This document shows, piece by piece, positions 11,965 to 22,927 of a DNA stretch of 64,000 nucleotides. The position numbers and the translations under genes were made by a program. The stretch comes from an uncultured Pseudonocardiaceae bacterium. GTDB lineage: Bacteria; Actinomycetota; Actinomycetes; Mycobacteriales; Pseudonocardiaceae. A model generated the notes under the pieces. The model did no database searches, was not told where the DNA came from, and worked only from the letters and a program-made list of their open reading frames with translations. The stretch lies in contig CAXUFG010000001.1 in assembly GCA_964250265.1 (NCBI GenBank), positions 305 through 64,304 of the forward strand. Direction: 5' to 3'. How positions within the stretch are numbered: the stretch's first letter is position 1; every line of letters begins with the position of its first letter.

Positions 11965-12431
11965 CGAGACCCCTGGTCAGCTCCTCGGCTCCCGGCGCGC
12001 GGACCGGCCAGGAACACAAGCCGGAACTTGCCGATCTGGACCTCGTCGCCGTTGGCCAACATCGCGGTGTCTACCGGCTCACGGTTGACATAGGTGCCGT
12101 TCAGGCTGCCCACGTCCACCACTACGAACTCGCCGCCCTCTCGGCGGAACTCGGCGTGCCGGCGGGATACCGTGACGTCATCGAGGAAGATGTCGCTGTC
12201 CGGATGCCGGCCCGCGCTCGTGGTAGGCCGATCGAGGAGGAACCGGGAACCGGCGTTAGGGCCACGCCGGACCACCAGCAATGCCGAGCCCGCCGGTAGT
12301 GCGTCGATACCGGCTATGGGAGGGGCCGGTGACTCAGCACTCTCGACCTCGGACAGGAAATCGGCCCGGAACGTCGAGGTCTGCTCCGGGCCCCGCTCTG
12401 GTGGTACGCCGGGCCCGTCGTTCGTGCTCAC
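11961..12431 (-). CDS. garA: FHA-domain regulator GarA/OdhI
   Basis: N-terminal phospho-acceptor motif EQTSTFRADFL, and an FHA core GRHPDSDIFLDDVTVSRRHAEF...GSLNGTYVN. GTG start. Confidence 0.9.
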   Translation of the reverse strand: MSTNDGPGVPPERGPEQTSTFRADFLSEVESAESPAPPIAGIDALPAGSALLVVRRGPNAGSRFLLDRPTTSAGRHPDSDIFLDDVTVSRRHAEFRREGGEFVVVDVGSLNGTYVNREPVDTAMLANGDEVQIGKFRLVFLAGPRAGSRGADQGSR

Positions 12432-12524
12432 GCTGGGCTCTCCTTCGCGGGGTGGTGGCAGTTGATCGGATCACAACCTACCGTGCCACTGCGCGCGATG
12501 CGGAGGCGGAGGTAGGCGCCCGTC

Positions 12525-12908
12525 TCAGCCTTCCTCGATGAGCGCACGGTACTCCTTGGCAAGCAGCAAGGAGTCCACCGCCGACATTTCGGACAGTTTG
12601 ATATCGATCATCCAGCCCTCGCCGTAGGGATCAGAATTGATCAATTCAGGGTGCTCGTCCAGGGCATCGTTGCGGGCTACCACCTCGCCTGACAGCGGCG
12701 CGAACAGGTCCGACACGCTCTTTGTGGACTCCACCTCACCGACTGGTTCCCCCACTGACAACGAGTCACCGAGCGGCGGTAACTGGACGTAGACCACATC
12801 GCCGAGCTGCGTCTGTGCGTAGTCGGTGATTCCGACCCGCACGGTGCCGTCCGCTCCAAGACGCACCCACTCGTGCCCCGGGGTATACCGCAACTCCTCG
12901 GGAACCAC
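12525..12908 (-). CDS. gcvH: Glycine cleavage system H protein
   Basis: 127 aa, with lipoyl-lysine motif VESTKSVSD and the typical YTPGHEWV N-terminus. Confidence 0.9.
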   Translation of the reverse strand: MVPEELRYTPGHEWVRLGADGTVRVGITDYAQTQLGDVVYVQLPPLGDSLSVGEPVGEVESTKSVSDLFAPLSGEVVARNDALDEHPELINSDPYGEGWMIDIKLSEMSAVDSLLLAKEYRALIEEG

Positions 12909-12920
12909 CGCGACCTCCTA

Positions 12921-13535
12921 TCATGCGCGGATCGCGCCTCCCGCAGCGCGGACCGTGAGCAGGACCTGAACGAGGTAAAGCACTCCTGACCAGACGTACA
13001 GTGCACCGCCCCACCCCATGAACGCCACCGCAAACGCGTGCGCCACTGCACCTACCCAACCGTGCACGTCGTGGGCGAGCAGCAGCAGCGGGAATGCATA
13101 AAGCAGGCAGAGAGTAGCGGCCTTGCCCAGATAGTGCACCGGCAGCGGACCATGGCCGTAATGGCGCAGCACGGGCAGCGTCGATATCAGCACCAGATCC
13201 CGTCCCAGTAGCGCGGCGATCACCCACCACGGCAGGATGTCCCGCACACCGAAGGCGAGCAGGATGCTCACCGTGGACAGCCGGTCGACCGCCGGGTCAA
13301 GAAGCGCGCCCAGCCTGCTGGATTGGTTCAGTAAGCGGGCGAGCTTGCCGTCCAGCCAGTCTGTGAGGCCTGACAGCGCCAATACCAGCACCGCGAGCAG
13401 ATCGTGGTGCGGGCCGAGCAGCAGCCACAAGAACAACGGGACGCCAGCCAGCCTGAGCAGGCTGAGCACGTTGGGCACCGTGAGCAGCCGATCGGCCGGA
13501 TCCCGCACGGGACTCTCCGGCCGGCGCTCGGACAC
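12921..13535 (-). CDS. pgsA: CDP-alcohol phosphatidyltransferase (PgsA-type, Rv1822-like)
   Basis: Signature DWLDGKLARLLNQSSRLGALLDPAVDRL (D-x2-DG-x2-AR...G-x3-D-x3-D), and a multi-TM protein. Confidence 0.8.
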   Translation of the reverse strand: MSERRPESPVRDPADRLLTVPNVLSLLRLAGVPLFLWLLLGPHHDLLAVLVLALSGLTDWLDGKLARLLNQSSRLGALLDPAVDRLSTVSILLAFGVRDILPWWVIAALLGRDLVLISTLPVLRHYGHGPLPVHYLGKAATLCLLYAFPLLLLAHDVHGWVGAVAHAFAVAFMGWGGALYVWSGVLYLVQVLLTVRAAGGAIRA

Positions 13536-13610
13536 CCTGCATCACCTCATCGACACCGTACGGCGTGTGCTGAGTTGCGCTAGTTTCGATCTAGTTACCG
13601 AGGGTCCGTT

Positions 13611-15618
<2,008 letters not shown>

Positions 15619-15712
15619 CAGATGCCCTCCCGTGGTCCGATTCGACTTGCAACTTAAGGCACCTGCAAGGTTGATAGTGCGGCGGCGCACCGGGTGGTGT
15701 GCACTGTGACCC

Positions 15713-16396
15713 ATGGCCTCGCATTCCGCCTCACATCCGCAAGATCCTGTGCAGCGCGCGTTTAGCGGGGGGCGCGGTGCCTTCCTCGCGGCAGCAGTGC
15801 GGTCTCCCCGCGATGTGGGGACGCTGCTGCCCTCCGGGCCCGAACTGGCCCGGAGGCTGGCCGCCGTGGTGCCCGGAGCCGGCCACGGTGAGCGACCTGC
15901 GGTCGTGGTGGAGATCGGTGCCGGCGCGGGGGCGGTCACCGCGGCGATCGCCGAGCAGGCGGACCAGGGTGCGGTGGTGATCGCGGTCGAGAAGGACCCA
16001 GGGCTCGCCGAGCGGCTGCGTTCCCGCGAGTTGGGCGTGCGGGTGGTCACAGCGGACGCCGCGACGCTTCCAGCCATCCTCGCCGAGCACGGCGTGGATC
16101 GCGCGGACGTGATCGTCTCGGTGCTGCCGTGGACTCTGTTCGGTCCCGAACAGCAGCGCGAGTTTCTGGCGATCTTTGCGGCGGCGTTGCAGGCCGACGG
16201 TGTGTTCACCGCGGCCGCTTACAGCCTGAGCTATTGGATGCCCGCGGCTCGCCGGTTTCGCTGCGAGCTGGGGCGGGTTTTCGGCGAGGTGTTGCCAACC
16301 CGCACCATGTGGCGGCACCTGCCACCGGCGATGACCTATGTGTGCCGGCACCCAGACGTGGCCAGGGACGGCATCACCGCGGATCCGAGTCAATGA
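15713..16396 (+). CDS. Class I SAM-dependent methyltransferase
   Basis: SAM motif I VVEIGAGAGAVT and a downstream acidic loop VIAVEKD. The start is uncertain. The 3' end overlaps the convergent kinase gene by 23 bp. Confidence 0.65.
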   Translation: MASHSASHPQDPVQRAFSGGRGAFLAAAVRSPRDVGTLLPSGPELARRLAAVVPGAGHGERPAVVVEIGAGAGAVTAAIAEQADQGAVVIAVEKDPGLAERLRSRELGVRVVTADAATLPAILAEHGVDRADVIVSVLPWTLFGPEQQREFLAIFAAALQADGVFTAAAYSLSYWMPAARRFRCELGRVFGEVLPTRTMWRHLPPAMTYVCRHPDVARDGITADPSQ

Positions 16397-17834
16397 GCAG
16401 ACGGCCATCCAAACGGCTCACTCGCAACACCCGCTTGACGACTTCAGCGTTGCCGCCTTTGTTGTAAGTAACCTCGACGGGTACCCGCACAGAGCCGTCG
16501 GGATTGTAGGTGAGGCCGAAGGCATTGCGAGCGCTGACCGAGGAGTAGTCGCTCCAGTACGACCGGAACTGCGGCTCGTTGCCGAAGGTTGCTTGCGCGG
16601 CGGGCGACAGCAGCGGCCAGGCAGACGACATATTGTCCAGGCCGTTGTAGTAATCGATCACGAGCTGCCCGGCGTCCCGCCACGCGATTGGCTGGGCATG
16701 ATCCACTCGCTGCATCTGCGGCTGCTGTGACGGTGTCACCGGCGGTGCCGGTGTCGCCGCAGGTGCCGAGGTGGATCCTAAACCAGCCGACTGCGCGGCC
16801 TGTCCTCCCGTCAAGCCTCGCGTCACCAGCACCCCGCCGCCGGCGAACGCAAGCAGCGCTAGAACAGCTCCCACCAGCACGCCGACGTTAGCGCGCCGTC
16901 GCGGCGCGTGCGGCCGGGAAGTGACAGGGGCCAAGGGAGCCAGCTGCGGCGCAGGGCCGGACGAACGTGCGGAGACCACCGTAGGCGGGAGCGCGGCAGC
17001 TGAGGACTCCTTCCGGCCCTGCCTAGCGGTCGGCGCGGCCCGGCGTACCGGTCGCGTGGTTGGCGCTGCGGCGAGTTCCATGCTGGCGCGATGCATGTCG
17101 GGGCGCGCTGCCGGGTCTTTGGCCAGTAACTTCATCAGCACCGCGGACAGCGAGCCCGCGTGCCGGGGTGGCACCACCTGCCCGTTGGCCACCGCGTGCA
17201 ACAGTGCGAGCGGGTTGTCGCTGTCCCCGAAAGGACCCTGCCCTTCCAGCGCCGCGTAGAGCGTGGCGCCGAGAGAGAACACATCGGAGGCCGCGGTCGG
17301 GAGCTGACCACGTGCGACCTCTGGAGCGAGGTAGGCCGGAGTGCCGGCCATCATCCCCGTCTGGGTGACCGTGACATCGCCGACCGCGCGCGAGACACCG
17401 AAGTCGGTGATCTTGGCGGTGCCGTCCTCGGCGATCAGGATATTCCCAGGCTTGACGTCCCGATGCACGATTTGCGCCGCATGGGCAGCGGCCAGCGCCG
17501 AGGCGATCTGCCTGCCGATCGAGGCGACTTCGGGCACCGGGAGGCAGCACCGATCGCCGAGCACCGCCGCGAGACTGCGCGAGGGCAAGTACTCCATCAC
17601 CAGGCAGGGTTCGCCGTCGTGCTCGGCCACGTCGTAGACGATGATGGCATTCGGGTGCTGTAGCCGGGCAGCGATGCGCGCCTCCCGCAGCGCTCGAGCC
17701 CTCGCTTCGTCGGTTGCCCTGGGGCTCAGCTCCGGCTGCAACAACAGCTGCTTCACCGCCACCAGCCGCTGCAGCCGCTCGTCCATGGCCTGCCAGACGA
17801 CGCCCATGCCGCCGCTGCCAATACGGTCGAGCAC
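16374..17834 (-). CDS. Transmembrane Ser/Thr protein kinase with small extracytoplasmic C-terminal domain
   Basis: Hanks motifs GSGGMGVVW, VAVK, HRDVKPGNILI, DFGVS and APE. It has a Pro/Ala-rich linker, one TM segment (VGVLVGAVLALLAFAGGGVLV) and a ~130-aa C-terminal domain. The first canonical start is the GTG at 17834. Confidence 0.85.
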   Translation of the reverse strand: MLDRIGSGGMGVVWQAMDERLQRLVAVKQLLLQPELSPRATDEARARALREARIAARLQHPNAIIVYDVAEHDGEPCLVMEYLPSRSLAAVLGDRCCLPVPEVASIGRQIASALAAAHAAQIVHRDVKPGNILIAEDGTAKITDFGVSRAVGDVTVTQTGMMAGTPAYLAPEVARGQLPTAASDVFSLGATLYAALEGQGPFGDSDNPLALLHAVANGQVVPPRHAGSLSAVLMKLLAKDPAARPDMHRASMELAAAPTTRPVRRAAPTARQGRKESSAAALPPTVVSARSSGPAPQLAPLAPVTSRPHAPRRRANVGVLVGAVLALLAFAGGGVLVTRGLTGGQAAQSAGLGSTSAPAATPAPPVTPSQQPQMQRVDHAQPIAWRDAGQLVIDYYNGLDNMSSAWPLLSPAAQATFGNEPQFRSYWSDYSSVSARNAFGLTYNPDGSVRVPVEVTYNKGGNAEVVKRVLRVSRLDGRLLIDSDPR

Positions 17835-18014
17835 CCGGTAGTGGCCGGCGATCAGCTGACCCGTGTCGATATGCGGTCACTCCCTCATGTTTTCCCGCAT
17901 GGGCGCTAAGTCCCCGACCAGAGCCAGGTTACCGCCCACCAGCCGGGTTTGGCGCGCAGCCCGGGAGCCCCGCCTCGCCCCGGGGCGGAGATTCCAGGCA
18001 CCATCGTGACCACC

Positions 18015-20519
18015 ATGACTCTCACCGAAGCACTGCCCAGCGGTTCCGGGCCCGACGAACTGTTCGATACCTTTGCAGCCTGGGTGTCAGGACAGGGTCT
18101 AGCCCTGTACCCGGCCCAGGAAGAGGCACTGATCGAGATCGTCTCGGGCTCGAATGTGATATTGGCCACTCCTACCGGATCCGGTAAGAGCCTGGTGGCG
18201 ACGGGGGCGCACGCCACCGCGTTGGCGCAGGGCAGGCGAAGTGTCTACACCGCACCGATCAAGGCGCTGGTGTCAGAGAAGTTTTTTGCGTGCTGCGGTG
18301 TTTTCGGTGCGGACCAGGTAGGGATGCTCACCGGTGACTCCAGCGTCAACGCCGCGGCACCCATCATCTGCTGCACGGCTGAGGTTCTGGCAAACATGGC
18401 GCTGCGTAGCGGGCCGGATACCGACGTCGGCCTGGTGGTGATGGATGAGTTCCACTTCTACGCCGACCCAGATCGCGGCTGGGCGTGGCAGGTGCCGCTG
18501 CTGGAGCTGCCGCACGCCCAGTTCCTCCTGATGTCCGCGACGCTGGGCGAGGTGACCCGATTCGAGCAGGACTTGACCCGGCGCACCGGCCGCTCTACCG
18601 CGGTGGTCCGCTCTGCCCAGCGGCCGGTTCCGTTGCATTTCCGGTACGTGAGCACACCGCTGCACGAGACGTTGGAAGAGCTGCTGGCCACCAACTCGGC
18701 GCCGGTGTACGTGGTCCACTTCACGCAGGCCGCCGCCGCCGAGCAAGCACAGGCGCTGACCAGCATCAACGTCTGCAGCCGCGCGGAGAAGGACGCCATC
18801 GCCGAGCTGATCGGTGGATTCCGGTTCACCGCCGGTTTCGGGCGGACGCTGTCGCGGCTGGTGCGCCACGGGATCGGGGTTCACCACGCGGGCATGCTGC
18901 CGCGGTATCGCCGCCTCGTCGAGCGCCTCGCCCAGTCCGGCCTCCTCAAGATCATTTGTGGTACCGACACGCTCGGGGTGGGCATCAATGTGCCGATCCG
19001 CACGGTGCTGCTCACCGCGCTGGCGAAATACGACGGGACGCGAACCCGTCACCTCACCGCACGAGAGTTCCACCAGATCGCCGGCCGGGCCGGCCGGGCC
19101 GGCTTCGACACCGCCGGCTCCGTCGTCGTGCAGGCTCCCGAACACGTGGTGGACAACGCCAAGGCAGTGGCCAAGGCAGGCGACGATCCCCGCAAGCTCC
19201 GCAAGATTGTCCGCAAGAAACCCGCCGAGGGTGCGGTGTCCTGGAGCGACCGCACCTTCGAGCGGCTGGTGGTGGCCGAGCCGGAAGCGCTGAACTCCAG
19301 TTTCGGCGTCAGCCATGCGATGTTGCTCAACGTCGCCAACCGGCGCGGTGACGCGTTCGCCGCGATGCGCCACCTGCTCACCGACAACCACGAGGACCGG
19401 CCAGTGCAGCGCCGGCTGATCCGCCAGGCCATCGCGATGTACCGCGCGTTGCTGGCCGCCGGCGTGATCGAGCGGTTGCCGGTCCCGGATGCCGATGGCC
19501 GCACGGTGCGGCTGACCGGGGACTTGCAGCTCGACTTCGCGCTCAACCAGGCGCTCTCGCCGTTCGCACTGGCCGCGATCGAGTTGCTGGATCGGGATTC
19601 GCTCGACTACCCGCTGGACGTCCTGTCCATGCTCGAGGCCACTTTGGACGATCCGCGGCAAGTGCTGGGGGCGCAACTATCCAAAGCCAAGGGTGAGGCG
19701 GTGGCGGCGATGAAAGCCGAGGGCATCGAGTACGAGGAACGGATGCGCCTCCTTGAGGACATCACCTACCCGATGCCGCTGGCTGAGCTCCTCGACGCCG
19801 CATTCGAGACCTACCGGCAGGGCCACCCGTGGGTGGCCGACCATCGGCTGTCCCCCAAGTCGGTGGCCCGGGATCTGGCCGAACGGGCGATGACCTTCAC
19901 CGAGTACGTCGGGTTCTACGGTCTGGCCCGATCCGAGGGACTGGTACTGCGTTACCTGGCCGGCGCCTACCAGGCGCTGCGGCGCACGGTGCCGGCCGAC
20001 GCCAAGACCGATCCGTTGCGTGACCTGGAGGAGTGGCTCGGTGAGCTGGTCCGCCAGGTCGACTCCAGCCTGCTGGACGAATGGGAGCAGCTGCGCAATC
20101 CCCAGGAGCCGGGGTCGGTGCCGGCGCCGGTGGACCACCGACCGCCGCCGGTCACGGCCAACGCGCGGGCCTTCCGGGTGCTGGTGCGTAATGCCCTGTT
20201 CCGCCGGGTGGAGCTGGCCGCCCGCCGGCGCTGGACCGAGCTGGGTGAGCTCGACGTGGACGCCGGGTGGGATGCGCAGGCCTGGCAGGACGCGGTGGAA
20301 CCATACTTCGACGACCATGCCGAGATCGGCACCAGCGCAGACGCCCGCGGCCCACATTTACTGATCATCGACTACCAGCCCGGCAGGTGGGTAGTGCGGC
20401 AGATCCTGGACGATCCGGCGGGGCACCACGACTGGGCCATTAATGCAGAGGTCGACCTGGCCGCCTCCGACGAGACCGGGACCGCCGTGCTGCGGGTGAC
20501 CACAGTCGGCCCAGCTTGA
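18015..20519 (+). CDS. DEAD/DEAH-box helicase with large C-terminal domain (DUF3516-type)
   Basis: Walker A ATPTGSGKS, MDEFH box, SAT, and helicase C motifs (HHAGM, GVGINVP, QIAGRAGR). ORF 17949..20519 was trimmed to the ATG at 18015. Confidence 0.8.
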   Translation: MTLTEALPSGSGPDELFDTFAAWVSGQGLALYPAQEEALIEIVSGSNVILATPTGSGKSLVATGAHATALAQGRRSVYTAPIKALVSEKFFACCGVFGADQVGMLTGDSSVNAAAPIICCTAEVLANMALRSGPDTDVGLVVMDEFHFYADPDRGWAWQVPLLELPHAQFLLMSATLGEVTRFEQDLTRRTGRSTAVVRSAQRPVPLHFRYVSTPLHETLEELLATNSAPVYVVHFTQAAAAEQAQALTSINVCSRAEKDAIAELIGGFRFTAGFGRTLSRLVRHGIGVHHAGMLPRYRRLVERLAQSGLLKIICGTDTLGVGINVPIRTVLLTALAKYDGTRTRHLTAREFHQIAGRAGRAGFDTAGSVVVQAPEHVVDNAKAVAKAGDDPRKLRKIVRKKPAEGAVSWSDRTFERLVVAEPEALNSSFGVSHAMLLNVANRRGDAFAAMRHLLTDNHEDRPVQRRLIRQAIAMYRALLAAGVIERLPVPDADGRTVRLTGDLQLDFALNQALSPFALAAIELLDRDSLDYPLDVLSMLEATLDDPRQVLGAQLSKAKGEAVAAMKAEGIEYEERMRLLEDITYPMPLAELLDAAFETYRQGHPWVADHRLSPKSVARDLAERAMTFTEYVGFYGLARSEGLVLRYLAGAYQALRRTVPADAKTDPLRDLEEWLGELVRQVDSSLLDEWEQLRNPQEPGSVPAPVDHRPPPVTANARAFRVLVRNALFRRVELAARRRWTELGELDVDAGWDAQAWQDAVEPYFDDHAEIGTSADARGPHLLIIDYQPGRWVVRQILDDPAGHHDWAINAEVDLAASDETGTAVLRVTTVGPA

Positions 20520-20530
20520 GACTGGCGGAT

Positions 20531-21295
20531 CTACAGCCGCTGGAGGCCGTTGAGCACCCGCTGCATCAGGACGATATCCGGGAACGCATCGGCGGAGCCC
20601 ACGGTGCGATGCACCACGACGCTACCCGCCTCAGCCATATCTCCCAGCACCACTCGGGCCACCCCCAGCGGAATCGACACCAGGGCCGCGAGCTCGGCAA
20701 CGGAACGTGGAGCTGCGCACAGCGTCAGGATGGTGCGGTGCTCAGGTGGCGCGGTTGGGTCGATCGGCTGATCGATTGCCGAAACCAGGGTCTCGAGAGA
20801 GAGTTCACATGGCGACGCGGTCCGTCCCCCGGTCCAGAAGTAGGGCCGCACCAAACCCCCGGTGCCTGTTTCGCAAGGGGACCAGCCAAGCCACTCAGGA
20901 CCGTCGGCCCACGCTGGCTCAGCCACCAACGGTGTGGTCTCCGGCTGACGCTCGACGCCAGTGGTCTTCGAACGCGAGCCAGAGGTCTGCAGCCCAGTAT
21001 CTGTGCGTTCGGGCTCTGTGCGTTCGGAATCGGGGCGTTCGGAATCGGGGCGTTCGGAATCGGGCCCCCTACGCCGCCAACGCTTCAAACCAGCTGAGAA
21101 CCGGGCGCCGGTCTGCCCGACGGGTGGCTGTCCGGCGCGGCGATGCTGGGCCGCTACGGCGTCGTCTTGCTCTTTCGGCGGCTGCGACGCCGCCCGGCTA
21201 CGACGGCCCGCAGCCCCCCCAAATCGGGCGCCGGTGAGGCCAACCACGAGATCGTCGGCGGAGCGATGTCCCCCCGTTTGTTGCTCTGAGGCCAC
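20531..21295 (-). CDS. DUF742 domain protein (conservon CvnC-like) with long low-complexity N-terminal extension
   Basis: The C-terminal LVRPYFWTGGRTASPCELSLETLVSA...PEHRTILTLCAAPRSVAELAALVSIPLGVARVVLGDMAEAGSVVVH matches the DUF742 winged-helix pattern. The N-terminus is Arg/Pro/Ser-rich with (PDSER)n. The start is uncertain. Confidence 0.7.
   Translation of the reverse strand: MASEQQTGGHRSADDLVVGLTGARFGGAAGRRSRAASQPPKEQDDAVAAQHRRAGQPPVGQTGARFSAGLKRWRRRGPDSERPDSERPDSERTEPERTDTGLQTSGSRSKTTGVERQPETTPLVAEPAWADGPEWLGWSPCETGTGGLVRPYFWTGGRTASPCELSLETLVSAIDQPIDPTAPPEHRTILTLCAAPRSVAELAALVSIPLGVARVVLGDMAEAGSVVVHRTVGSADAFPDIVLMQRVLNGLQRL
21000..21064. repeat. 15-bp tandem repeat (~4.3 units) inside the DUF742 gene
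   Basis: The units are ctgtgcgttcgggct / ctgtgcgttcggaat / cggggcgttcggaat / cggggcgttcggaat / cggg. It is in frame and encodes PDSERPDSERPDSERTEPER on the minus strand. Confidence 0.9.
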
Positions 21296-21385
21296 GGCGC
21301 GGCAGACTAGGCCGTCGGTGTGAACAGGATGTAACAGGGGGTGTTCGCCATGTTACATCCGACCGATGGTAACGGCGGGGACTTC

Positions 21386-21949
21386 TCAGCTCGGTGCGTT
21401 GCCTGGTTTCCACTTGATCCCGCATCCGAGGCTGGGCATCTGCGGTTCTCCTACCGGCTTGCCCGCCAGCACCAGCTCCAGGGCCGCCCGCAATGCCGCG
21501 CCGGTCACCGGAATGTCGTTGCGAGGCCGGGACTCATCGAACTCTCCCCGATAGGCGAGCTGGCCTCCCGCGTCATAGAGGAAGAAGTCCGGGGTGCAGG
21601 CGGCCCGGTAGGCCCGTGCGGTCTGCTGGGTCTCATCGAGTAGGTAGGGGAAGGTGAACCCGGCGCGGTGAACCTGTTCGGTCAGCCCATCCGGACCATC
21701 ATCGGGATAGTTTGCGATGTCATTGCTGCAGATCGCCACTGCGGCCACTTCGCCGGCAATGTCGGTGACGAGCGAGGCGAGCTGTCGCTCGAGATGCCGG
21801 ACATAGGGACAGTGGTTGGACAGAAACATCACCAACAACGGCCGACCGGCGGCGAGGCCCTCCGAGCTGACGAGCTGACCGTCGAGAGACCGCAGAGCGA
21901 ACGGCGGCGCCGGCGTGCCGAGCGGGACCATGAACGAGTTCACTGCCAT
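21386..21949 (-). CDS. Thioredoxin-fold (redoxin/AhpC-TSA-like) protein
   Basis: ORF 21386..22270 was trimmed to the ATG at 21949. It has the FLSNHCPYVRH motif and C-terminal GCGIKWKPG, typical of a conserved thioredoxin-like family. Confidence 0.65.
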   Translation of the reverse strand: MAVNSFMVPLGTPAPPFALRSLDGQLVSSEGLAAGRPLLVMFLSNHCPYVRHLERQLASLVTDIAGEVAAVAICSNDIANYPDDGPDGLTEQVHRAGFTFPYLLDETQQTARAYRAACTPDFFLYDAGGQLAYRGEFDESRPRNDIPVTGAALRAALELVLAGKPVGEPQMPSLGCGIKWKPGNAPS

Positions 21950-22018
21950 GCCAGCAAGTTTCCCATCACATGTGCTAGCTCGGTGAGAGCCCTGCGAAAG
22001 TCGGTAGGTTGGAAAATC

Positions 22019-22699
22019 GTGGAGCTCTACGAGGTGATGCGGACGACGCCAGCAACCCGCTCGTTCACCGGTCAGGCCGTGACAGACGCGGTAGTGCATC
22101 GCATCCTCGACCACGCCAGGTTCGCACCCAGCGGGGGCAATCGGCAGGGATGGCATGTCGTCCTGCTCCGGGATGCCGCGATTCGACGCCGGATACGAGA
22201 GCTCTACGGCCTGGGTTGGCGCGAATACACCGCACACGTCGAAGAGGGAGTGGTGCCGTTCGCCCCGCACGAGGACGGCCGCTGGACTGGTCCAGCGGTC
22301 GATCTCGACGCGGCCCGTCAGCTACCGAGGCCCAACGACTTCGCTGACACCCTGGACACCGTCCCGGTGTTGCTACTGCTGATCGCCCGTCTCGGTGCGC
22401 TGGCGTGCGTCGACAACGGGCTGGATCGGCAGAGCATCGTCGGTGGCGGGTCGATCTATCCGTTCGGGCACAACATCCTGCTGGCAGCCCGCAATGAGGG
22501 CCTCGGTGGCGTGCTGACCTCGGTGTTGGTCCGGCAGGAGGGAGCCGTACGGGAGCTGATCGGTATCCCTGACGACCACGCGGTGGCCGGCCTGATCGCA
22601 CTGGGGCACCCGGTGCGATCAGTGCGCAAGCTGCGCCGGAGGCCCGTCGACCAGTTCACCACCGTGGATCGGTTCGACGGGCCGGGCTTCGCGCCGTGA
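22019..22699 (+). CDS. Nitroreductase family protein
   Basis: ORF 21668..22699 was trimmed to the GTG at 22019 (VELYEVMRTTPATRSF...). It has RFAPSGGNRQGW and GGGSIYPFGHNILLAARNEGLGG, typical of NADH/flavin nitroreductases. An alternative ATG is at 22034. Confidence 0.75.
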   Translation: MELYEVMRTTPATRSFTGQAVTDAVVHRILDHARFAPSGGNRQGWHVVLLRDAAIRRRIRELYGLGWREYTAHVEEGVVPFAPHEDGRWTGPAVDLDAARQLPRPNDFADTLDTVPVLLLLIARLGALACVDNGLDRQSIVGGGSIYPFGHNILLAARNEGLGGVLTSVLVRQEGAVRELIGIPDDHAVAGLIALGHPVRSVRKLRRRPVDQFTTVDRFDGPGFAP

Positions 22700-22732
22700 T
22701 CAGCGGCCGTGATCAAGTATCGCTAGCCTGCC

Positions 22733-22927
22733 TCAGGCTTCACCGCCCTGGAGCTTGCGGACCACGCCGTCGATCTGGTCGTGGAACTTGCCCTTGGTGA
22801 GGTTATCGACGAGACCGGCAGCCTGCACGGCAATCTTGGCGGCCGCCTCGGGGTTGGCCTTCGCGAAACGGCGAGCGCCTTCCACAAGCCCCACCAGAAT
22901 TACAAGCTTCCTTAGCTTCCCCAGCAT
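22733..22927 (-). CDS. Small MT0933-like (so-called antitoxin family) protein
   Basis: 64 aa, with the ATG at 22927 preceded by a strong SD (AAGGGAGGAACA). The C-terminal KGKFHDQIDGVVRKL resembles the K-Y-x-D-Q-I/V-D signature of that small-protein family. Confidence 0.5.
   Translation of the reverse strand: MLGKLRKLVILVGLVEGARRFAKANPEAAAKIAVQAAGLVDNLTKGKFHDQIDGVVRKLQGGEA

Noticed and set aside
16374-16396. A 23-bp overlap of the convergent 3' ends of the methyltransferase and STPK genes.
   Set aside because: Short convergent overlaps are common in compact high-GC genomes. Either C-terminus could also be slightly shorter functionally. I see no evidence of regulation.
18273-19676. Very long ORFs antisense to, or out of frame with, confident genes. 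Examples are 18273..19676 (467 aa) opposite the helicase, 54096..55253 opposite pepA, 83..1075 opposite guaB1, 50010..50768 and 50787..51548 opposite cobT/cobS, and 52776..53615 and 52804..53619 over gcvT.
   Set aside because: These are typical shadow ORFs of high-GC DNA. The products are Arg/Pro/Gly/Ala-rich with no motifs, and each overlaps a gene with clear family signatures in another frame.
21000-21064. Possible CRISPR-like arrays at the tandem repeats 21000..21064 and 57903..57956.
   Set aside because: The units are contiguous with no spacers, are only 15-18 bp long, and lie in frame inside protein-coding genes. No cas genes are present.
22733-22927. MT0933-like 'antitoxin' small gene as part of a toxin-antitoxin module.
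   Set aside because: There is no adjacent toxin-sized ORF on the same strand. The neighbours are a nitroreductase (opposite strand) and the Rv2175c-like regulator. The family name is historical rather than evidence of TA function.
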